64,000 bases of DNA from an uncultured Gammaproteobacteria bacterium (GTDB lineage: Bacteria; Patescibacteriota; Patescibacteriia; SG8-24): the NCBI GenBank assembly GCA_964491475.1, contig CAZBFO010000001.1, positions 189,265 through 253,264 of the forward strand. The letters are read 5' to 3'. Positions 57,788 through 64,000 of the stretch are shown here, piece after piece (position 1 is the stretch's first letter; each line of letters starts with the position of its first letter). The notes under the pieces are model-generated. The model was given only the letters and a program-made list of their open reading frames with translations. It searched no databases and had not been told where the DNA came from. A program made the translations under genes and the position numbers.

Positions 57788-57857
57788 AATGCCCGAAAAC
57801 GAAAGACCCCCGCGCTTGCGGAGGTCCTTTTTTATCGTCTTTATTTATCGTCGTCCT

Positions 57858-59795
57858 TTACTGCACCACGGCCTTGATTCGGCGCACGCCGGCCGAGGAA
57901 GCTTCTTCCTTGAGAATCTTGAACTTGCCGACCATGGCGGTGTGCTCCACATGCGGGCCGCCGCAGATTTCCTTGGAGAAGTAGCCGCGTTCGTCGTCGC
58001 CGACCATGTAGACCTTGACCTTGTTGCCGAGCGTGGCGTACTTGTCCTCGAACAGGCCGATGGCTCCGGCGGCCTTGGCCTCGTCGACGGTGAGCATGTC
58101 GAAGTGGACGGGCAGGTCTTTGACGATCTGCTCGTTGACCATGTCCTCGACCTGCTTGATCTGCTCGGGCGTCATCTTGGCGCCGTGCGAGAAGTCGAAG
58201 CGAAGGCGCTCGGCGGTGATGTTGCTCCCCTTCTGCTCGACGTGCTCGCCTAGCACGTTGCGGAGCGCCTTGTGCAGCAGGTGCGTGGCGGTGTGCATGC
58301 GCACGACGATCTCGGAGTGATCGGCCAGGCCGCCGGCGAACTTCTGCTCGGCGCCGGCGCGGGACTTTTCCTGATGCTTCTTGTACTCGTCTTCCCATTC
58401 GCGGGAGTTCACTTTTTTGCCGAGCACTTCTTCGGTCAGTTCCATCGGAAAACCGAAAGACTCGTACAGGTAGAATGCCGCGGAACCGGGAACCTCGACG
58501 TGCTGGGCGTACTGGTCCTTGAGCTTTTTGGCTTCCTGCAAGCCGCGCTGCAAGGTCGCCGAGAACTTGTCCTCCTCGTTCTTGAGCTCGTCCATGACGC
58601 GCTGGCGGTTGGAGACGAGTTCGCCGTAATGCTCGCCGTACATGGCGATTATTTTTTCCGCGATTGCACCGGTGAACGAACCTTCGATGCCAAGCTGGCG
58701 TCCGAAGCGCACGGCGCGGCGGATGAGGCGGCGCACGATGTAACCCTGGTCGGTGTTCGACGGGCCCACGCCGCGGGGATCGCCGATGATGAAGGTGGCG
58801 GTCTTGATGTGGTCGGCGACGATTCTCATTAACCGATTCGTGAATATGGCTGGAATTGGATACTCTTCGCCGTCATCCTTGTGAAAAGTACTGACGTGCA
58901 TCGAGCCCATTTTCTGCTTCAGATCATTTTCTGCCAATGGCTGGTAGGCCTTACCCGACAAATTCTCGATGACCTCAATAATCGGTTCAAAAAAATCTGT
59001 TTCAAAGACAGTCGGTGCCTTCTGCAGCATCATCGCCATGCGCTCCAGTCCCATGCCGGTGTCGACGTTGGGCTTGGCCAACGGCTCGAACTTGCCCTCG
59101 GCGGTCTTGTTGAACTGCATGAAGACGTCGTTCCAGATTTCGACGTAACGACCGCAGTCGCAGTTGGGGTGGCAGGCCTCTCCCCCGCCCCAGCCCGGCG
59201 CGTGCGCCTTGGGGTCGGCGAGGTGCAGCGTGTCGTAGAACATTTCGGTGTCGGGACCGCACGGACCGGTCTGGCCGGCGGGGCCCCACCAGTTCTTGGC
59301 TTTGGGATAGGCGAAAATCTTTTCGCCGAACTTGGCGTCGATGCCACCCTTCTTGAATTGTTCCTGCCAGTAGCCGATCGACTCGTCGTCGCGCGGCGCG
59401 TCGGTGTCGCCTTCGAAAACGGAAACGTACAGGCGCTGCGGATCGAGTCCGTAGCCGTCGGCCTTCGAAGTGAGCAGGTCGTAGCTCCACTCGATGGCTT
59501 CCTTCTTGAAGTAGTCGCCTAGCGACCAGTTGCCGAGCATCTCGAAAAAGGTCAGGTGACGGTTGTCGCCGACCTCGTCGATGTCGCCGGTGCGGACGCA
59601 TTTTTGCGCGTCGGCCAGGCGCTTGCCTTCCGGGTGCGGTTCGCCCATCAGGTACGGCACCAGCGGGTGCATGCCGGCCGTGGTGAACAGGACGGTGGGA
59701 TCGTTCTCGGGAATCAATGACGCCGAAGGGATGATCTTGTGTCCGCGCTTCTCGTAGAAAGCCAGGAATCGGTTGCGGATGTCGTTGCCAGTCAT
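57858..59795 (-). CDS. alaS: Alanyl-tRNA synthetase, short form lacking the C-terminal C-Ala domain
   Basis: MTGNDIRNRFLAFYEKRGHKIIPSASL...FTTAGM is the class II catalytic core. The editing-domain zinc motifs (HTATHLLH...CGGPHV) are present. The protein ends about 30 aa after CGGPHV at 646 aa. Confidence 0.8.
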   Translation of the reverse strand: MTGNDIRNRFLAFYEKRGHKIIPSASLIPENDPTVLFTTAGMHPLVPYLMGEPHPEGKRLADAQKCVRTGDIDEVGDNRHLTFFEMLGNWSLGDYFKKEAIEWSYDLLTSKADGYGLDPQRLYVSVFEGDTDAPRDDESIGYWQEQFKKGGIDAKFGEKIFAYPKAKNWWGPAGQTGPCGPDTEMFYDTLHLADPKAHAPGWGGGEACHPNCDCGRYVEIWNDVFMQFNKTAEGKFEPLAKPNVDTGMGLERMAMMLQKAPTVFETDFFEPIIEVIENLSGKAYQPLAENDLKQKMGSMHVSTFHKDDGEEYPIPAIFTNRLMRIVADHIKTATFIIGDPRGVGPSNTDQGYIVRRLIRRAVRFGRQLGIEGSFTGAIAEKIIAMYGEHYGELVSNRQRVMDELKNEEDKFSATLQRGLQEAKKLKDQYAQHVEVPGSAAFYLYESFGFPMELTEEVLGKKVNSREWEDEYKKHQEKSRAGAEQKFAGGLADHSEIVVRMHTATHLLHKALRNVLGEHVEQKGSNITAERLRFDFSHGAKMTPEQIKQVEDMVNEQIVKDLPVHFDMLTVDEAKAAGAIGLFEDKYATLGNKVKVYMVGDDERGYFSKEICGGPHVEHTAMVGKFKILKEEASSAGVRRIKAVVQ

Positions 59796-59895
59796 AACGT
59801 TAAAAAGATATATGATTTGCCGTGGAGGGGCAAGACGAGCGCCATGCAACAAAAAAGGCCGCGAGGAACGCGACCCGGAAGCGCCGATGCCGAAG

Positions 59896-60174
59896 TTACG
59901 ACAGGTACCGGTGATATTGCACCGAGCGCCAATAGAGAAAGGCGACGACGGTGGTGACCACCAGCAGCGCCAAGTGCAGGACGACGAGGGCGCCGACGAT
60001 GACCGCGTAGGCGTTGAGCACAGACAGGGCCAGTGCGGTTGCCGAAGCCGCTTGGGCAAACACGACGGCTGCTCCGTGCTTCTTCGTCTTGGCCGCCACC
60101 AAATGCGCGATGGCGCTCACGGCCCACACCAGCAGAATCACAGCAGAGAACAATTCGAGCGGCGTATGCTGCAA
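59896..60174 (-). CDS. Small hydrophobic two-TM protein
   Basis: 92 aa, strongly hydrophobic, directly upstream of alaS. Confidence 0.3.
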   Translation of the reverse strand: MQHTPLELFSAVILLVWAVSAIAHLVAAKTKKHGAAVVFAQAASATALALSVLNAYAVIVGALVVLHLALLVVTTVVAFLYWRSVQYHRYLS

Positions 60175-60225
60175 AAGAACCTCCTTTTCGGAGGTTCTTT
60201 ATCAGCCGAATCACGTCCGGTCAAA

Positions 60226-60921
60226 TTACTTGCACTTTCCGGTCATGTCGCCCAGGCAGCGGTAGTTGGCCTCGCTGCCGTTGAAGAACATCTTGTAGTG
60301 GGGGCGGTAGCGTTTGACCACGGCCTCGATCTGGGCCTTGATGCGCGGGCCGTCGCAGGCGCCGCTGGGCTTGATCTCGCCCTTGAGCCAGACTTCGGTG
60401 TTGACGCCGTCGGTGCTCTGAATCTTGTCGACTTGCAGCTTGCCATTGGCGAGGGAGTTGTACAAAGGGGTGTGCGTGCCGCTGCCGTGCAGGCCGAAGA
60501 GGGTCAGCAGCGCGTCATGGACGATGCTGTCCGTGGCGGCTGCCTTGTGTTCCGACACGAAGGCGATCTTGTCGTTGCAGCCGAAGGTCTCTTCCGCGAC
60601 CTTGGCGTCGGCAGGCGCGGTCGTGTTTTCCGTGAGAACGAATGGCACGGGAATGTCGTCATTTGCCATGTCCACCTGTTCGTTTTGCTGCGCCTTTTCC
60701 ACGGCGGCGACCTCCTTGGCCTTTTGCAGCGCTTCGAGCGAGGTCTTTGCCGGCATCAGCACGTCGCTGCCGACCTGATTGCCGACCTTCATGGCAGTCT
60801 GCCCGGCATCCGTGACCGACTGCGTCACCGACTGAAAACAGCCGGCTCCAAGCAGGATGAGGCCGATGGGAACGGCGAAGGCCGCGATGACGGTCGAGGT
60901 TTTCAGACGCTGTTCGGGCAT
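60226..60921 (-). CDS. Putative lipoprotein of unknown function
   Basis: Signal peptide with lipobox (LILLGAGC). The start is taken at MPEQRLK. Confidence 0.45.
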   Translation of the reverse strand: MPEQRLKTSTVIAAFAVPIGLILLGAGCFQSVTQSVTDAGQTAMKVGNQVGSDVLMPAKTSLEALQKAKEVAAVEKAQQNEQVDMANDDIPVPFVLTENTTAPADAKVAEETFGCNDKIAFVSEHKAAATDSIVHDALLTLFGLHGSGTHTPLYNSLANGKLQVDKIQSTDGVNTEVWLKGEIKPSGACDGPRIKAQIEAVVKRYRPHYKMFFNGSEANYRCLGDMTGKCK

Positions 60922-61024
60922 AGGAAAGACGAAATTTGTACCTGCAAACAATAGCGAGAACGGCCGTTCTTCGCAAGAAGCGCCAGGCAAAGAAAAACCG
61001 CCTCTGATAAAGGCGGAAAAGGGT

Positions 61025-61336
61025 TCAGGCAGCGCCGATTTTTCGGAGCAGGGCGTAGGAGTTCGCGGAGAAGAACGCCCAAAGGCCGGCCATGAACAGG
61101 GTCATGAGCACGCCGTCGCCGGCGCCGAAGCGGACAATGAGCACGGCGCGTCCGACGTAGCTGACGGTGACCAGCACGCAGCTGATGAACGACGTCCAAG
61201 CCAGCAGCCGCGTCTTTCCGCCGAGGTTGCCGGAGCGGATTCGCGAATTGGCCCAGATGCCGGCAATCAGCGCGGCGATGAAAAAGGGCGTCTGCAGGCT
61301 CAAGATGAGACCCACGATGATGTTTGCAGCGTTCAT
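61025..61336 (-). CDS. Small membrane protein (3 TM)
   Basis: MNAANIIVGLILSLQTPFFIAALIAG. Confidence 0.3.
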   Translation of the reverse strand: MNAANIIVGLILSLQTPFFIAALIAGIWANSRIRSGNLGGKTRLLAWTSFISCVLVTVSYVGRAVLIVRFGAGDGVLMTLFMAGLWAFFSANSYALLRKIGAA

Positions 61337-61377
61337 GCGTCCTCCAGTGCAGACTGTAGCCCTGCGGTCGTCGACGG

Positions 61378-62496
61378 TCAATGCGAGGCGTTCTCAAGAT
61401 GACGCCCGATGACCGCTCCGCCGAGGCAGACGTCGCCGTGGTAGAACACCACGAACTGGCCGGGGGAGATGGCGCGCTGCGGCTGATCGAATTCCGCCTG
61501 CAGCGTGCCGTCGTGGGCAACCGACACGGTACAGTCCTGGAGCGGCTGGCGGTAACGGATGCGGGCACGGCAACGGAACTTCCGTGACGGCGGTGCGCCG
61601 GCAATCCAGTGCGCCTGATCGGCGACAAGCGCCGACGCGAGCAGATCCGACTCGTTCCGCGAGACGGTCACGACGTTGCGGGCCAGGTCCTTGTCGACGA
61701 CGAAGTACGGCGCTCCCCCGCCGATGCCCAGGCCGTGGCGCTGGCCGACGGTGTACGGGGCGATGCCCTCGTGCCTACCGACCGACCTGCCATCCCGAGT
61801 GACCACTTCGCCGGGCACGCCGGAAATTTTTTCTCCGAGGAATTCGCGCAGGTCCACCTGCCCGATGAAGCAGATGCCCTGGCTGTCCTTCTTGTCCGCC
61901 GTCGGCAAACCGAACTCGGCTGCGAGCCTGCGCACCTCCGGCTTGGGAAGCTGACCGACAGGGAAAAGCGTGCGCGAAAGTTGCTCCTGCGTAAGCTGGT
62001 TCAGGAAATAGGACTGATCCTTGTTTCCGTCGACGCCGGCGAGCAGTTCGTGCGTCGATGTGACGGTGCCGTCTGGTCGGGCCTCCCCCGCATGAGTGAC
62101 GCGCGCGTAATGCCCGGTCGCAATCATGTCCGCGCCGATCTCCAGCGCTTTCTGCAGGAATAGTTTGAACTTCACTTTGCTGTTGCACAGCACGTCCGGA
62201 TTCGGGGTTCGGCCTGCGGCGTACTCGCGAACCATGTACTCGACCACGTCGCGGCGGTACTCGGCCTCGAAGTCGAAAGTCTCGAAGGGGATGCCGAGCG
62301 TGGCCGCCACGCGCAGCGCGTCCTGGCGCTCCTTCTTCCAGCCGCACTCCCCCGTGCAGGGGTCGGCTTCGTCGGACCAGTTCTTCATGAAGGCACCAGT
62401 GACTTCATGCCCCTCGCGCAGCAAAAGCGCGGCGGCGACGCTGGAGTCGACGCCGCCGGACATGGCGACCATGATTTTGCGCTTGGGCTGGGACAT
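61378..62496 (-). CDS. mnmA: tRNA-specific 2-thiouridylase MnmA
   Basis: KIMVAMSGGVDSSVAAALL is the PP-loop SGGxDS motif. CNSKVKF and the C-terminal domains are present. Confidence 0.85.
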   Translation of the reverse strand: MSQPKRKIMVAMSGGVDSSVAAALLLREGHEVTGAFMKNWSDEADPCTGECGWKKERQDALRVAATLGIPFETFDFEAEYRRDVVEYMVREYAAGRTPNPDVLCNSKVKFKLFLQKALEIGADMIATGHYARVTHAGEARPDGTVTSTHELLAGVDGNKDQSYFLNQLTQEQLSRTLFPVGQLPKPEVRRLAAEFGLPTADKKDSQGICFIGQVDLREFLGEKISGVPGEVVTRDGRSVGRHEGIAPYTVGQRHGLGIGGGAPYFVVDKDLARNVVTVSRNESDLLASALVADQAHWIAGAPPSRKFRCRARIRYRQPLQDCTVSVAHDGTLQAEFDQPQRAISPGQFVVFYHGDVCLGGAVIGRHLENASH

Positions 62497-62614
62497 AACG
62501 GAGGAACCTAGCATAGCACGACCGGACGGGCAAGCTGCCGAGGCCGTGAAACGTCTTGACCGACGTGCTAAAAATCGCTATGTTGAGGCCTCACGGCAAC
62601 GAAAGGAGGCACAA

Positions 62615-63040
62615 GTGACAACTTTGGTCTTTACGGTACACAACGTCGAAGCGAACCGCGAAAGCGGATTTCCCAGCGCCGCCCGAGGCGGTCTCGTGCG
62701 CGCACTGCGCGCCGTCGCAAAGGAGCACTTCGGCGAGGAGACGCAAACCCTGGTGTCGCTGGTGGGCGACGCGCCGTCGGGCGAAAGCAGCTTCGAGAAG
62801 GCGGAGGGGCCGGTCGTCGTCGTTCTCGACATGCTCGGAGGTGACGTGGGATGGGGCCACCTCAAGTTGGACCAAGTCGCCGAGCGCATCGGCAAGGCGG
62901 CCAAGGCCGTCGTCCGCCACAGGGATTTCACGGTCTCGGTCCGAGACACGGAGTCCTCCGTCCATCACGGCCGGTTCAGCACCGCGGCAGCGTCGCCGAA
63001 CGCGGAGCCGGAAACGAAAGTCGCGACGGAAACCCGATAG
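62615..63040 (+). CDS. Hypothetical protein (about 141 aa) with a GTG start
   Basis: A perfect Shine-Dalgarno AAAGGAGG lies 6 nt upstream of the GTG. A putative promoter TTGACC-17-TATGTT lies at about 62566-62594. Confidence 0.4.
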   Translation: MTTLVFTVHNVEANRESGFPSAARGGLVRALRAVAKEHFGEETQTLVSLVGDAPSGESSFEKAEGPVVVVLDMLGGDVGWGHLKLDQVAERIGKAAKAVVRHRDFTVSVRDTESSVHHGRFSTAAASPNAEPETKVATETR

Positions 63041-63042
63041 AC

Positions 63043-63076
63043 CGCCGACCGACCTGATCAGGTCGGTTTTTTCTTT
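63043..63076. terminator. Bidirectional terminator (ccgacctgatcaggtcgg + T-run)
   Basis: gaccgccgaccgacctgatcaggtcggttttttctttg. Confidence 0.55.
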
Positions 63077-63124
63077 GTATGCAATCCGCACAAAGAAAAA
63101 GCTCCCCGTTGGGGGAGCTTTGGT

Positions 63125-64000
63125 TCAGATGCCGTAGATCCGTTCGTACTTTTCCTCGACGTATTCGAGGAAAAAACGGGCGTCGGGCTCTTCGTCGGTG
63201 GCCTCGCGGACGATCTGCTCGGCGGTCTTGAGCGAGCCGTGCCGATGGACCTTGTCGCGCAGCCAGCCGAGGATCGGCGCGAAGTCGCCGGCGGCGATGC
63301 AGGCACGGAGGTCGTGCTTGCCGTCGAAGTCGTCGCGCATGGCGCGATACAGCTGCGCCGCATGCAGGTTGCCGATGGCGTAGGTCGGGAAGTACCCGAA
63401 CAGGCCGGCGGCCCAGTGGACGTCCTGCAGGCAGCCTTCGGCCAGCGTCGGCGGCACGATGCCCAGGTACTTCTTGGACAGCGCGTTCCAGGTTTCCGGA
63501 ACGTCCCTCACCTCCAGGCGTCCTTCGATGAGCGCAAGCTCGATCTCGAAGCGCATGCAGATGTGCAGGTTGTAGGTGACCTCGTCGGCCTCGGTGCGGA
63601 TGAATGACGGGCGGACCGCGTTCAGGTAAGCGTGCAGGTCCTCGGCCTTCGGCGTCAGTCCGACCGTGGCCAGCTGCTTCTGCAAGAAGAGGCAGAAAGC
63701 GTAACTGCCGCCGATGCAGCGCTCCCAGAACCGCGACTGCGATTCGTGGATGCCCAGCGACGGCGCCTCGCCGGCCACGGTGGAGAACAGCTCCACGGGG
63801 AGGCCCTGCTCGTACATGCCGTGTCCGGCTTCGTGTACGGTGCTGCCCAGGCCGTAGAGGAAGTCCTCCTCGCGAAAGCGCGTGGCAATGCGCGCGTCGT
63901 TGGCATGCAGGCGCATCATGAACGGATGCGTCGTTTCGGCCATGAGCCCGCGCGAGAAGTCGAAGCCCAGCTTGGCGGCGATGCGCTTGTTGAGCGTCTT
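63125..64000 (-). CDS. M32 carboxypeptidase (Taq-like), C-terminal part; N-terminus lies beyond the window end
   Basis: VHEAGHGMYEQG is the HExxH...E zinc motif of M32. The reading frame is still open at position 64000. Confidence 0.7.
   Translation of the reverse strand, partial: KTLNKRIAAKLGFDFSRGLMAETTHPFMMRLHANDARIATRFREEDFLYGLGSTVHEAGHGMYEQGLPVELFSTVAGEAPSLGIHESQSRFWERCIGGSYAFCLFLQKQLATVGLTPKAEDLHAYLNAVRPSFIRTEADEVTYNLHICMRFEIELALIEGRLEVRDVPETWNALSKKYLGIVPPTLAEGCLQDVHWAAGLFGYFPTYAIGNLHAAQLYRAMRDDFDGKHDLRACIAAGDFAPILGWLRDKVHRHGSLKTAEQIVREATDEEPDARFFLEYVEEKYERIYGI

Overview
This is a high-GC (about 65%) bacterial chromosomal segment. Much of it is conserved housekeeping: mreBCD and PBP2, greA, lysS, serS, alr-ddl-ftsQ, ftsH, gltX, clpB, lexA, def-fmt, a Wzx/glycosyltransferase/O-antigen-ligase envelope polysaccharide operon, the alpha ribosomal operon (infA-rpmJ-rpsM-rpsK-rpsD-rpoA-rplQ) plus rplM-rpsI, alaS and mnmA. 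Inserted between lysS and serS is a compositionally distinct, lower-GC accessory region (about 5.98 to 15.6 kb). It carries (i) a PUA/EVE-like domain fused to a putative nuclease, a candidate modification-dependent restriction enzyme; (ii) a RibL/TagD-like nucleotidyltransferase; (iii) a Type II R-M pair, a PLD-family endonuclease with a gamma-class N6-adenine MTase (NPPF motif); (iv) after an ABC exporter, an operon encoding a thymidylate-synthase-fold enzyme that has Asp at the position equivalent to the specificity Asn of E. coli ThyA, a Ham1/ITPase-like NTP pyrophosphatase fusion and a P-loop kinase; and (v) an orphan MazF/PemK-like toxin. The Asp substitution is the signature of cytosine-specific T4 dCMP hydroxymethylase, so the operon in (iv) is the most likely candidate for an undescribed system, read here as a pyrimidine C5 hypermodification module sitting next to restriction systems. 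A standalone OLD-family ATPase-Toprim nuclease lies between serS and alr. Other notable items: an FtsH peptidase-domain-only paralog downstream of ftsH; a GTTC-N7-GTTC type LexA operator upstream of lexA; a consensus sigma70 promoter driving a small tandem-repeat protein followed by three tandem paralogous 2-TM proteins, each with its own terminator; an RpoA lacking the alpha-CTD; and an AlaRS lacking the C-Ala domain. No rRNA, tRNA, CRISPR, integrase or transposase was detected. Many long ORFs in the track that overlap these genes on the opposite strand or in another frame are treated as high-GC artifacts.
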